IMG/VR virus record: IMGVR_UViG_3300021963_000041
Span: 32,001 to 96,000 of that record
Reading direction: 5' to 3' (one strand)
DNA from: a virus
DNA: 64,000 bases
Position 1 is the stretch's first letter. Every line of letters starts with the position of its first letter. Below are positions 17,771 through 27,892 of the stretch, piece after piece. The translations under genes and the position numbers were made by a program. Under the pieces are notes generated by a model. It ran no database searches and was not told the origin of the DNA. It worked only from the letters and a program-made list of their open reading frames with translations.

Positions 17771-19174
17771 TTATTTGAGAGTCAGTCCAACTACAACACC
17801 CTGTAAACCAGAACCATCTGTAAAGGATGGTAATACTATTTTAAGTTTGTCATAAAAATTTGCTAAGCCAGCTCCTGATGCTGGTACTATAAGAATGTTA
17901 TCTTTATTAGCTAATACGAAATGTTCTGGGCCAACACCCTCTCCACCTTCATCACCCCCTTGCGACATATAGTAATCAAAACTAAAAGACACCAATTCTT
18001 TATAGAATCCAGCTCGATCAAGTGAGCCATCTTTTTTAATGTACTTTGCAATCCAACTATAATCGGTAGCTGTTGTTTTTTCAAACAACCCCATAAAACC
18101 TCTTCCAATTGCTTGAGCCAATTCCTCGTTAGATGGTTCACCACCCAAATCTATAAATTGCTTGTTAACTTCTTCAATCACAGTCGGCCATCCAGTTGTC
18201 TGAGAGTTACCATATCTAGCAGTCTCAGTTGGTACCTTTATGCCAGGTTTTTGTTTAGCAGTACCTGATAACGATGTTGTACCTAAACCTAGTTTAGTTG
18301 CTAAAGCCATATAGCCTTTATACAAACCTTCACGGAATCCTTTTGCTGTTCCAAAGCCTTTTTGTCCTCGAAGTCTTTTATTAACACCTCCAACTTCAAA
18401 AGGTTTACCTCCAACAACTAAGTCTCCCATACCGGTTGGTCGTGCACCACCTTTAAATAACATCGCCAACATCACCTCTACAATTCCCAGAGCTGGTGTG
18501 TCTTGCCATTTGTATACGACAAGCTCTTCAAAAGCCTTGTCTGAGAGACCCGTAGGTCCTTGGAAAGTACCTTTGATACTAGCCACTTTATTTAAAAAGC
18601 TTGTATACGATATCGAACGATCTGATAGGTATGCAGCTAACTTCATTTGATCGGTGTTGCCTGCATACATCTTATCAACCACAGCATCCACGTGCTTTGC
18701 ATCTGGTCCTAAAAATTCTGTTATCTTTTCTTCAATGACCTTCTCATAGTTACCCTGTCTCTTGAGTAGGGAAGCTACGCGATCTAATGTCTTTTGTGAA
18801 AAGTTAGAATCAGGATTACCTAGTAACTTTACCAAGTCAGAAGCTGTAATTTGCACATCTTCCTCCTCCCGTATTGGAGTAGGTGATTGCATCTTAATTG
18901 GTGCAACGTTATTGAAGTCCGGCATCTCTGTGATACCATTCTCTTTTAAAATCTCTTGCAGAAGTTTCAATTCTTTTTTACTAGAGAATTTACCATCCAC
19001 CATTGTTGGATACCCCTTTGGCAATCTGTAACACCATTCAGAAAGGATCTCATCATAATCTACATTCAAGGGTTTGCTATAGGTTTTAATCTCCGTAGCA
19101 ATCTTACTCGGTTTGATAGTCTTAAAATGAGAATCCAAATCTATGATGGATTGATTAGAAGTATCTCTCTTCAT
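17771..19174 (-). CDS. hypothetical protein, possible divergent PD-(D/E)XK-fold virion protein
   Basis: 467 aa; segment GIVEVML...GDLVVGGKPFEVG resembles E...GD...EVK nuclease motif. Confidence 0.6.
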   Translation of the reverse strand: MKRDTSNQSIIDLDSHFKTIKPSKIATEIKTYSKPLNVDYDEILSEWCYRLPKGYPTMVDGKFSSKKELKLLQEILKENGITEMPDFNNVAPIKMQSPTPIREEEDVQITASDLVKLLGNPDSNFSQKTLDRVASLLKRQGNYEKVIEEKITEFLGPDAKHVDAVVDKMYAGNTDQMKLAAYLSDRSISYTSFLNKVASIKGTFQGPTGLSDKAFEELVVYKWQDTPALGIVEVMLAMLFKGGARPTGMGDLVVGGKPFEVGGVNKRLRGQKGFGTAKGFREGLYKGYMALATKLGLGTTSLSGTAKQKPGIKVPTETARYGNSQTTGWPTVIEEVNKQFIDLGGEPSNEELAQAIGRGFMGLFEKTTATDYSWIAKYIKKDGSLDRAGFYKELVSFSFDYYMSQGGDEGGEGVGPEHFVLANKDNILIVPASGAGLANFYDKLKIVLPSFTDGSGLQGVVVGLTLK

Positions 19175-19697
19175 AGTGTAATAAGTCTAGTTTGTTTGAT
19201 ACATCAACTAATTGTGCAGCGTTCAATAAGTCTGAATACTCTGCGATTGATTGTACTTGAATTGTTCTGAACTCAGTTAAGAAATCGAATGTAGGTAAGT
19301 GAGCTGTGAACATAGCAGTTGAAATTTTGTTGTATTTGTCTCCCAAATCAAACTCCATCTCATAAGCTTTATTTACAATATCAATCAAACCATCAAACTT
19401 GCCTGAGAATTTAACTGCTGGTATTACTGGATTCGCATTCCAATCTACTAAGTAGTTTTGAATCTTTACAGCGTGCTCTAATTCTGCATTAGCTTCAGCT
19501 TCAAAGAAGGCAGCTGCTTTTAGATAAGCAACTCCTTTACACCAGTTGGCAGCGTTTCTGTAAAAATAATGTGCTGCATACTCTTCACCTAATGTGCTAT
19601 TCAAAGCATTGACAACATCCTCGTTAAGCGTCTTTGGTAAGAGAACTTGCGATTGTTCGGACGTTACTTTTACTACTGTTGATTGTGGTAATTCCAT
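19155..19697 (-). CDS. ferritin-like protein
   Basis: EEYAAHYFY, EANAELEHA, AYEMEFD, TFDFL four-helix ferritin motifs. Confidence 0.85.
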   Translation of the reverse strand: MELPQSTVVKVTSEQSQVLLPKTLNEDVVNALNSTLGEEYAAHYFYRNAANWCKGVAYLKAAAFFEAEANAELEHAVKIQNYLVDWNANPVIPAVKFSGKFDGLIDIVNKAYEMEFDLGDKYNKISTAMFTAHLPTFDFLTEFRTIQVQSIAEYSDLLNAAQLVDVSNKLDLLHYEERYF

Positions 19698-19720
19698 TTC
19701 TTATGTTTAATATAAATAGT

Positions 19721-20146
19721 CTAGTTTCCAGAAGATCCAAAACCACCTTCACCTCTTTCGGTTTCTGATAGTGTATTCATCTCCACCAACTCAATATCTG
19801 GATAAGGCATGATAATCATCTGACCCACTCTATCACCAACGCCATAGCGTCTTGATGGAATGCCTGACAATTTGTTAAAGGTGAACTCAATCTCTCCTCG
19901 ATAACCTGAGTCAATAACTCCAACACAATTTGATAGCATGATTTGCTGATTGCGTACTGAGCTTCTTGGAAAGATCAATCCAACATAACCTAGTGGAATC
20001 TCAAACGCCAATCCAGTCTTGTATGTGATTTGGAATCCTTCGTCATTGATGACCTCGACAGCTGTTAAGTCTAATCCAGCATCTCCTGGTTTAGCGTATG
20101 TTGGTATAACTGCGTTGGGGTGTAATTTTTTAACTGCTACTTTCAT
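19721..20146 (-). CDS. dut: trimeric dUTPase
   Basis: All five motifs: AGLDL, PRSS, GVIDSGYRGE, DRVGQ, RGEGGFGSSG. Confidence 0.97.
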   Translation of the reverse strand: MKVAVKKLHPNAVIPTYAKPGDAGLDLTAVEVINDEGFQITYKTGLAFEIPLGYVGLIFPRSSVRNQQIMLSNCVGVIDSGYRGEIEFTFNKLSGIPSRRYGVGDRVGQMIIMPYPDIELVEMNTLSETERGEGGFGSSGN

Positions 20147-20334
20147 AACTTAATTTGGTCTTCTATAAATTCTCTGAGTTTTGATAGCTCATAATTCAAC
20201 CAGTACTTACCTTTGTCATTGTATAACTTGACAAAGGTTTCTTTGTTTCCTGGTACGTAATAAAAATCTTCAATCTTAAATAAGGTGTCGTTGATTACAA
20301 CGTGCTTACCTACTAATGAAACTGCGTCTCTCAT
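20143..20334 (-). CDS. hypothetical protein
   Basis: 63 aa ORF with ATGA overlaps. Confidence 0.6.
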   Translation of the reverse strand: MRDAVSLVGKHVVINDTLFKIEDFYYVPGNKETFVKLYNDKGKYWLNYELSKLREFIEDQIKL

Positions 20335-20615
20335 TCTTCTGATACTGGTCTTTCGAAAGGTGTTCCTTCTTGTACCATACCATCACCATCCAAGTCCTTT
20401 GCTTTGGGATTAAATTTTGTTTTTGTAGATGGAAGTGATCCGAATAATTCGATCCACATTGCTTCATCTACCTCACCATTTGCTGGTAAACCTCTCTCTA
20501 ATTGCCAACCCAATATTGCTAGCTGTGTAGCTCTATCGTACGACCCATTGGCTTCTACATTTAACTTAGCTTGCAACTCCGTTACAAGTGGTCCTTCTGT
20601 CATTCCTAGTATCAT
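20331..20615 (-). CDS. peptidoglycan-binding domain protein
   Basis: G..V.ELQ..L...ANGSY...T..AI..WQ...GL..NGEV PGBD pattern; C-terminal DLDGDG Ca-binding-like loop. Confidence 0.75.
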   Translation of the reverse strand: MILGMTEGPLVTELQAKLNVEANGSYDRATQLAILGWQLERGLPANGEVDEAMWIELFGSLPSTKTKFNPKAKDLDGDGMVQEGTPFERPVSEE

Positions 20616-20869
20616 TGTTGTACTTTATTTTCTTTGTAGGGGCAGTGTCTGCAACCATTGTTGCAGCACCGTCCTCTACGTTTGTGATATGTTTCTGTCA
20701 TTACCATTCTACCATCCTCATAGTAGAAATCGTCAGGTTGTAGTTTCGGCTTTGAAAGCTTCTCTACATACAGCTGGAAGATCCAGTCCTCACTCGGCGA
20801 AACCATCTTACACGATTTCGCATGCACCACCTGCACAAGCTGCCTCACCTTTGAGGTCTGTTGTGTCAT
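20612..20869 (-). CDS. DUF5522-like small Cys-rich protein
   Basis: DFYYEDGRMVMTE.YH.RRG.CC.NGCRHCPY. Confidence 0.7.
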   Translation of the reverse strand: MTQQTSKVRQLVQVVHAKSCKMVSPSEDWIFQLYVEKLSKPKLQPDDFYYEDGRMVMTETYHKRRGRCCNNGCRHCPYKENKVQQ

Positions 20870-22667
20870 CTAACTCAATCACTTTGGATAAGTCGATGCT
20901 GTGCAATGATTTCATCATCTCTTCGTAAACCTCCTCCGTACAATCTTCAAAAGGAGCTTGAGTGTATGTACCACCGTTGAAAGGTAATACTGATAGACCG
21001 TTGTAGTGATCGCGGTTCTCCCACATCCACTCACCAGCCATATCCCACTCCTCATCTCTCAATGATACTGTAGCAGATACATTGTGTGTATTGTTTCCTG
21101 AACGATGTCCTGGTTTAACCCACTCCAAGTGTACTTTCTTAATACGCTCTAGCAATTGGAAAGGTGATTCTGTTCTTAGGATCGCTCCTTCTGGTGCTTT
21201 TTGTGGAATAGAGATTACTGCTGTGTCATGCGGACGGAAGTACTCATCTTCAATTAACTCTGGGTGATTGATTGCAAGGTAGCTGTAAATTGCTTCATTC
21301 TTTCCTACGCGAATACGACGGATGTAGAAGTCATTATGCCATGCGTGAATACCTGAGCTTGTTCCTAATGTCAGTGATGTAGTACCAGCTGGTTTAACAG
21401 TTGTCGTACGAGCTGACTTGTTGATACCGATCAACTCTGCTACACGAATGTTTTCTTCCTTAACAACTTTAGCTGCTTCTTTCATGTTGTATCCTAATAC
21501 TGTACCAGATCCGATACCAGTCATAGATACTCCGATCAACGCATCCTTCTCAGTTGTACGTCTCCATACGTCACGTAGATAATGGAAGTTTGTGTAGCCT
21601 GCTTGTAGTGTTCCAATAAATGACGCTGCTTTCACACGAGCATTCAAGTCTTCTTGTGATTCAATATCCGATACGTTTACCTCACACAAGTTACAGAATT
21701 GGAATGGACGTAGTGCAATCTCGCAACATGGGTTGGTTCCCCAGTCTTTGTCGTTAGTCAAATAGATACCTGGCTCTCCTGCTCCTGATAACTCAACACG
21801 CTTCCAGATATCCATAAAGAACTCTTTGGTAAGTTTATGTCTCATTAATACAGCTGAGTTGTTTGCACGTCCACGTTGTGGATTGGTTTCCCACCAGTTA
21901 CCTGATTTGCAAGCGATCATTTCATCGTCGTCAGCACTAAACAAGCTAATAAGAGCTGCTCTACGAATACCTCCGGCAAGGACTGCATCCGCAATATGAC
22001 ATACGATGTCATGTACTTCAATTGGTGATAATTTGTCTCCATTTTCTTTTGCATCTAAAATACCTTGAACTTTCACAAGACACTCTTTCAGTGGTTGTGC
22101 ACCTGGAGCTTTACCACCTGATGTAACTAGACGAGCACCTTTTGGACGGATGTCTGAAAAGTCAAACTCCATACGAGATGTTCCGTGAAAGTAACTTTTA
22201 ATAAGAGCCTTAACTGCATCTGCCCATCCTTCGATAGAGTCAGCAATCAAGAATCGTTTTGTACGTTTAACGCTTGGTTTACGAATCTCCGGTAGAGCTT
22301 CTACGTGATGTTTTTGTACTGAGTACCCAACACCTGTTCCTCCAAGCAATAGGAACATTGCTTCACCAAATGCACGATAGTCATCGATTGGTAAGTAAGC
22401 ACAATTGTAAACTCTGTTAGGAGAAATCTCAATTGGCTTTCCTGCAAACTGCATAGACCTCATTGATGGCAAAATCTTTTTAGCATACACCATTTTGTAA
22501 ACTTCTTCTATCTCTTCCGCTAGGTTAGGATATTTTTTAAGGTGCATGTTCTTGTTGCGTGTTACCAACTCTTCCCATGTCTCTCTTCGTTGTAGCTCAG
22601 GAATGTACTTGGCGTATTTCATAAAAACCGTGATCTCACTAAGGATCTCGTTAGATAATGTCATCAT
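20808..22667 (-). CDS. nrdJ: class II (B12-dependent) ribonucleotide reductase
   Basis: NCAY, TNPCCEI, CNL, TVKPAGT, C-terminal CAGGAC; no small subunit gene nearby. Confidence 0.9.
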   Translation of the reverse strand: MMTLSNEILSEITVFMKYAKYIPELQRRETWEELVTRNKNMHLKKYPNLAEEIEEVYKMVYAKKILPSMRSMQFAGKPIEISPNRVYNCAYLPIDDYRAFGEAMFLLLGGTGVGYSVQKHHVEALPEIRKPSVKRTKRFLIADSIEGWADAVKALIKSYFHGTSRMEFDFSDIRPKGARLVTSGGKAPGAQPLKECLVKVQGILDAKENGDKLSPIEVHDIVCHIADAVLAGGIRRAALISLFSADDDEMIACKSGNWWETNPQRGRANNSAVLMRHKLTKEFFMDIWKRVELSGAGEPGIYLTNDKDWGTNPCCEIALRPFQFCNLCEVNVSDIESQEDLNARVKAASFIGTLQAGYTNFHYLRDVWRRTTEKDALIGVSMTGIGSGTVLGYNMKEAAKVVKEENIRVAELIGINKSARTTTVKPAGTTSLTLGTSSGIHAWHNDFYIRRIRVGKNEAIYSYLAINHPELIEDEYFRPHDTAVISIPQKAPEGAILRTESPFQLLERIKKVHLEWVKPGHRSGNNTHNVSATVSLRDEEWDMAGEWMWENRDHYNGLSVLPFNGGTYTQAPFEDCTEEVYEEMMKSLHSIDLSKVIELDDTTDLKGEAACAGGACEIV

Positions 22668-22738
22668 AGATTTTGAATGTTGTATAAATTAGTATGTGTA
22701 TAAATATTGCGAAAAATATGTCTCAATGCGTTTTTTTC

Positions 22739-24106
22739 TCAAATTAACGTGTTTAATTCAGAAAATTTATTGGCCAAGGCTTTTCTTACTACCTCATCTT
22801 CATTCTGCATCAATTGCTTAGCTTCTTTACCCATTACTGTGTTTTCCGCATAGATATCAATCTTAGCTGTAGCCATATTCATCTTACTTGGGAAGGTCAA
22901 TCCATCTGGTCCGAATCGATTCTTGATAACGTGCCATCTACCAGTACCGCTAATCTTATCAGCCGTCTTACGAGATAGTGATACTACAAAGTCAGCAACC
23001 ATCACCTTAGCATACGATTCAGCAATCTTATCTGCTTCAATAACATCCTCTTCAAGAGCTGATCGGTTTGCTTGCGATGCTGTATACAAAGGTACTTGAT
23101 ATGTTCCAGCTAATCCACGCAACTCTTCATAAATGTTTCCTAGCATGATGTCATTTCGTACCGACCCCTTCACACCAGTATCTCTCAACAAGTCAGCGTA
23201 GTCAACAAGAACAACATCTGGTTTGATACCCTGCATGATACACTTATCTAGATGTGCTGATATTGTATTAACTGATGCAGTCTTAGTTGGGTAATACTTT
23301 ACAACTAACTTACCCTTAACTCCTTTGATAGCTTCAATAACCTCTTCCTGATGGTACTTTAAATCTTGAGAAGGAATACCTGAGTAGTGAGAGTCAAAGC
23401 GAGCTCCCACATAAGTCTCAGAAAGCTCTAGCGTGTAGTAAATAACATTCAGTCCTTTCTTAGCTGCATAAGCAGCAATGTTTACTAATGCCATCGACTT
23501 ACCAATACCAGCCGGAGCTACAAACACTCCCATCTCACCAGTACCCAATCCACCATCCATAATCTCATTAATCACATCCCACGGTGTCTCAATGGTGTTT
23601 CGTTTATTCTCAACAAAACGCAAAGCAATGTCATCAATGTAATCGTGACCGATATTCTTATCAGCACCTGCCTTCATTGCCTCATCAATACCACTTTTGA
23701 TCTCATCGTACTTCCCTGACTTGAGAAGTTCAACAGACTTCAGGATAGCTGCTTTTAGTTTTTGATTCTTACAAAAGTCTAGAGTCTTGTCTTTAATATA
23801 CTCACTATCTTCTGCATCTGCGAATTTCAAAACCTCTCGGATATTCTCTACAACGGTTGTTTTCAATAAGTCAATATCGACCTTATCCAACTCCACCTTC
23901 AACACCTCTAAAGTAGGTGGTGACTTGTATGTGTTAAAATATTCTAAGGTAGTCTTCGCAAGCCATTGAGCAGATTCAGATGAAAAGAATCGAGGATCGA
24001 TAATATCATGAACCTGCTGTAGGAAAGTTCTGTCTTTAATTAATATGGATAGGACTTTGTTTTGAAACGCTGATCCATAAAACTGTAATGTATCTTCTAC
24101 TTGCAT
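22739..24106 (-). CDS. replicative DnaB/gp41-like helicase
   Basis: APAGIGKS Walker A, YTLEL, VDYADL, ASQANR, KNRFG. Confidence 0.93.
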   Translation of the reverse strand: MQVEDTLQFYGSAFQNKVLSILIKDRTFLQQVHDIIDPRFFSSESAQWLAKTTLEYFNTYKSPPTLEVLKVELDKVDIDLLKTTVVENIREVLKFADAEDSEYIKDKTLDFCKNQKLKAAILKSVELLKSGKYDEIKSGIDEAMKAGADKNIGHDYIDDIALRFVENKRNTIETPWDVINEIMDGGLGTGEMGVFVAPAGIGKSMALVNIAAYAAKKGLNVIYYTLELSETYVGARFDSHYSGIPSQDLKYHQEEVIEAIKGVKGKLVVKYYPTKTASVNTISAHLDKCIMQGIKPDVVLVDYADLLRDTGVKGSVRNDIMLGNIYEELRGLAGTYQVPLYTASQANRSALEEDVIEADKIAESYAKVMVADFVVSLSRKTADKISGTGRWHVIKNRFGPDGLTFPSKMNMATAKIDIYAENTVMGKEAKQLMQNEDEVVRKALANKFSELNTLI

Positions 24107-24129
24107 ACTGTAACCTTACGAAATTTTTT

Positions 24130-25173
24130 CTAATCTTGCAAACAATATTGATCAAGTTTCGTAGTAGTTTCTCGTAGCCACAATTCGACGTTCTTTATTG
24201 CATTAGTCATACCGTCGAGCATAAGCATCTGGTGGAATTTGATCTTAGCCAACTTGTCGGTAGGCTGCTCCATCATATCCATGATCTTCATCTTACTGCT
24301 CGTGTTGATGTTACTAACTCCAAGCTGTACAATCTCAAAGTACAATCTTAGGTCAGCTTCTGCTTGAAGTACTTTATCGTATATCTTAGCTTTGCTTTGT
24401 GCTTGAAGCTCTCTTGTATATTCGATAAAGTCATCCACAGTCATTACGTCTGTTGCTATTTTAGGAAACTTGTCTAGTAACGTCTTTGTACCAACTCCAT
24501 TTACTCCAGGAATGTTATCACTATCATCTCCAGTCAACGCTCTATACAAAGCAAAGTTCTGAGGAATGATTCCATACTGCTCAACAACGTCATCTACATA
24601 ATACATCTGTTTTTTTGTCGGACTCCAGATATGTACACGGTTATCTACTAACTGCATAAAATCTTTATCCGATGACATGATGAATACCTGAGAATCTTTA
24701 TTTGCTAGGTAATCATTGGAAAGATATGCAATGACGTCATCAGCTTCAGCTCGATCAATAACAATAGTATTAACTGGCATGATATCCAAGTACTCTGTCA
24801 ATCGCATTAACTGCTGCAGTTGGTTATCTTCTTTATCGACTGTCTCAGATCGATTCAATCGAATCTTGACTTTACGGTTTCCTTTGTAATCAGGATACAG
24901 AGACCTTCTACGTGCAGAGCCATCCTTTCCATCAAACACTATCACCAACCGAGTTGGATTGATCGCTTTGATAGCATGACCTACACTAAGTAGAAATCCT
25001 GAGATTCCTCCTACATGCTCACCGTTAGTATTTGTAACCGGACTTGCGGCATAAGCTCGTATGAAAGTGTTGAGGCCGTCAACAATCAACACTCTTGAGT
25101 TTTTGTGAACGGCCTCACTTTCATTCTGTCGTAACTTGAGCTCGTTTATTAATGCTTGGTACTTATTTATCAT
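24130..25173 (-). CDS. 5'-3' exonuclease / RNase H (FEN-like)
   Basis: VDGLN, FDGK, YKGNR, EADDVI, SSDKDF, GDDSDNIPGV.GVG. Confidence 0.93.
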   Translation of the reverse strand: MINKYQALINELKLRQNESEAVHKNSRVLIVDGLNTFIRAYAASPVTNTNGEHVGGISGFLLSVGHAIKAINPTRLVIVFDGKDGSARRRSLYPDYKGNRKVKIRLNRSETVDKEDNQLQQLMRLTEYLDIMPVNTIVIDRAEADDVIAYLSNDYLANKDSQVFIMSSDKDFMQLVDNRVHIWSPTKKQMYYVDDVVEQYGIIPQNFALYRALTGDDSDNIPGVNGVGTKTLLDKFPKIATDVMTVDDFIEYTRELQAQSKAKIYDKVLQAEADLRLYFEIVQLGVSNINTSSKMKIMDMMEQPTDKLAKIKFHQMLMLDGMTNAIKNVELWLRETTTKLDQYCLQD

Positions 25174-26321
25174 TAGTCAGTTAGCTCTTCATCATCTACT
25201 GATATCTCGTCTGGATTGATGTGATCTTGATCACGATACTTCATAACGAAGATATTGCAGATTTTATTGTAACAATATTGTTTTAGATTTTCATCTTTTT
25301 CTAACATTCCTCTCCAATCTTTGGACATGAACTTAATCTCTTCACCAGTCTCTTCATTAACTAGAGTATAGTAAGCACCTGCTTGTTTTAGTGCTCCATA
25401 GTCTTTCATCAAAGATAACCAGCTATTGTAATCGTCAATACCAGAATTGAAGTAGATGTCAAATGTAGCTTTCTTGAATGGAGGTCCCATACGGTTCTTG
25501 ATAACCTGAGCTTCTGTCTGTACTCCAATGATTTGTTCAGTCTTTCCAGATCCACTTTTCAGTTTACCAACTCCCTTTAATCGAATGCGACAGCTTGCAT
25601 GGAAACCTAAAGCCTTACCACCTGATGTAGTGTACTTGTCTCCAAACATTACTCCCATCTTCTCACGCAACTGAGATGTACATAATAATAGTACTCTCTG
25701 CTTTGCAATGATGTTTGTAATCTTACGCATTGCTTTTGACATCAAGATAGCTTTTGTAGTAGCCCAACCATCTTTTTCATAGTCAGCATCTTGTTCCACT
25801 TTTGTGGTAGCTGCTGATACAGAATCCAATGCAATTGTTACTAATCTGTCTTTTGAACTTTTGCGAACTGTCTCGATAATATTCTCGATTGCTTCAAACG
25901 CATCTTCAATTGTCTCAAGTGGCACGTATAGCATGTTAGCAACATCTACACCTACTGCACGTAAGAACTCTTCACTCAATGCATTTTCAGTATCAATGTA
26001 AACCGCAAGTCCACCTTTCTTTTGCGTATTCGCTAGTGTATGAGCTACAATCAAACTCTTTCCTGAAGCTTCCATACCCTGAAGTTCAACAATACGACCT
26101 ACTGGAAATCCACCATCAGGTCTGTTTGAGATTGCCAGGTCTAACAGAGAGGAGCCGGTACCGACCCACTCTGTTAAATCTGTTGGAGTTTCTTCCTCAC
26201 CACTTAGGAAATGCGCAGCCTTAAAGTCTTTGAACTTTTTGTTTAAGCTATCCGCTAGTAAGGAAGCTAGTTCGTCCCTTCCCGAAATTTCATCGGGTGT
26301 CTTATTAGTCTGCTTTGCCAT
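25173..26321 (-). CDS. recA: RecA/UvsX recombinase
   Basis: GMEASGKS, YIDTENA, DSV, TTSGGKALGFHAS, KNR motifs. Confidence 0.93.
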   Translation of the reverse strand: MAKQTNKTPDEISGRDELASLLADSLNKKFKDFKAAHFLSGEEETPTDLTEWVGTGSSLLDLAISNRPDGGFPVGRIVELQGMEASGKSLIVAHTLANTQKKGGLAVYIDTENALSEEFLRAVGVDVANMLYVPLETIEDAFEAIENIIETVRKSSKDRLVTIALDSVSAATTKVEQDADYEKDGWATTKAILMSKAMRKITNIIAKQRVLLLCTSQLREKMGVMFGDKYTTSGGKALGFHASCRIRLKGVGKLKSGSGKTEQIIGVQTEAQVIKNRMGPPFKKATFDIYFNSGIDDYNSWLSLMKDYGALKQAGAYYTLVNEETGEEIKFMSKDWRGMLEKDENLKQYCYNKICNIFVMKYRDQDHINPDEISVDDEELTD

Positions 26322-26326
26322 AAGTT

Positions 26327-27106
26327 TTAGGTATTAAATAGTGAGTCAAATGCTGAAGTGATGTCGTCTGCTTTAGTAGCAGTAGTTGCTCCAGTGATTG
26401 CAGCAGCTGGCTTAGTACCATCTGTAGCTGTTTCACTTGAAGGGTCTAACCACTTCTGCAAAGCCTCAGTCATTTCTTCGTAGCTCAATTCTGTAAACAA
26501 CTCTGTGATGTTCTTTTGGTTGTTTACAATCATCTCTGCAACTTCTTTATCAGTTGTTGCTGGAGTTGTGTTTGGTTTCACACGTACTGTGAATGATGGG
26601 AAGGCTCCCTCTTTCTCTGCAGCAACGTGCTCTACAGTCAAGTCACGACCATTCATTAAGTCTGTGATATCACCATAATCTGGGTCAGCAATTACAGATA
26701 ACAACTCTGTGTAGATTTGCTTACCGAATGACCAGAACTTAACACCTTCATGTTCTGCACCACGTACAATAACTGGTACATACACTCGGAATTTAGGTTC
26801 GATCTTTTTTCCCAACTTCCAATCGTCTTTATCTCCAGACTTCTTCAACTTCTCAGCAAACTCAACAATAGGATCAGGTCGGCCATAAGAAACCGGTGAT
26901 ACCATTGTGCGCTTCCCAATCTCGTAGTGGAAGTACATTTCAATGAAAGGATTGTTTTTGTCGTGTGCGTAGGGTACGATACGTACTTGGGATTTTCCTA
27001 CTGGTGGTTTCCAAAGAAACTCGTTTGCTTTGTTTCCACCCCCGCCAGTGCTGGCTTGTTGCATAGCTTGCAGCTTTGCTTTGATTGCGTCTAGATTGAT
27101 CGCCAT
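26327..27106 (-). CDS. single-stranded DNA-binding protein, gp32-like
   Basis: WKP.G...VRIVP, GVKFW.FGKQIY, DYGDITD..GRD, acidic-aromatic C-terminus; next to recA. Confidence 0.8.
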   Translation of the reverse strand: MAINLDAIKAKLQAMQQASTGGGGNKANEFLWKPPVGKSQVRIVPYAHDKNNPFIEMYFHYEIGKRTMVSPVSYGRPDPIVEFAEKLKKSGDKDDWKLGKKIEPKFRVYVPVIVRGAEHEGVKFWSFGKQIYTELLSVIADPDYGDITDLMNGRDLTVEHVAAEKEGAFPSFTVRVKPNTTPATTDKEVAEMIVNNQKNITELFTELSYEEMTEALQKWLDPSSETATDGTKPAAAITGATTATKADDITSAFDSLFNT

Positions 27107-27146
27107 AACATTGTTTGTTTTTAATTGTTTAACTTAATTGACTCTT

Positions 27147-27264
27147 CGAATATAGGGAACTTTTCTTAAACTGACAACTACGTGCCTAAACTTTTTTAAA
27201 TCCTCCCTGGACTCTTATAGCCTTACCTGTTATATAATATACGCAACCTTTCTCGATTAAGCAA
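27147..27264 (-). promoter_or_regulatory. tandem -33/-7 type promoters upstream of SSB/recA operon
   Basis: TTG-N20-TATATTCG (27147-27177) and TTG-N20-TATATTAT (27234-27264). Confidence 0.65.
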
Positions 27265-27265
27265 C

Positions 27266-27646
27266 TTATACTGCTAGCTCTTTTATTTGAATCATCTTGC
27301 AGTTGAACTCGCCATCAGCTAAAAGGAGTGTGTCCTTGTAGTTTGGCCATTCGATCGCAAACGACTTATCTAGTACGCCGTTATTTAGAACTCTAATTAA
27401 GCTGTTAAGTGCATTAATGCTATAAAAGGTATTTGTATCTTTCTTTCTGTTTATCGATATCGTATCTTTCAATCTTCTTTCGCTAGTCGATACGTTGTAT
27501 ACACAAATCACGTTGTTAGGTACCTGGACATAGGAATACACCTTCATGTTAGAAACATCGTCAGCGTTATACGCTTTGTATATCTGACCAATGCTAACAG
27601 TAAGTTTATCTACGTACGTGAATGTGCACAATAATTGTGGTCTCAT
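27266..27646 (-). CDS. conserved phage hypothetical protein
   Basis: LLCTF...TISINRKKDTNTFYSINALN. Confidence 0.7.
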   Translation of the reverse strand: MRPQLLCTFTYVDKLTVSIGQIYKAYNADDVSNMKVYSYVQVPNNVICVYNVSTSERRLKDTISINRKKDTNTFYSINALNSLIRVLNNGVLDKSFAIEWPNYKDTLLLADGEFNCKMIQIKELAV

Positions 27647-27649
27647 TTG

Positions 27650-27892
27650 TTACTTCTTCTCTATCGCGTCAATCTGCTGTTTGAGTTTTGCAATCTCAGC
27701 ATCATTTTGTGCAGCTTTTTTATCTAGGTCCGCTTTCTTTTGTTTTAACGCTGCCACCTTTTGATCATCCGCAGCATTAGTAGTTGACTCAAGTTCATTC
27801 AATCTTTTGAACTTAATTTTATTCTCGCGTAAGTATGCTTCAAGCTCCTTGCGGATCAAGCTTTCTAATACGTCCAACTGTCCTTTTGCCAT
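27650..27892 (-). CDS. coiled-coil protein, possible internal head protein
   Basis: LIRKELEAYLRE N-terminus; late motif upstream. Confidence 0.6.
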   Translation of the reverse strand: MAKGQLDVLESLIRKELEAYLRENKIKFKRLNELESTTNAADDQKVAALKQKKADLDKKAAQNDAEIAKLKQQIDAIEKK

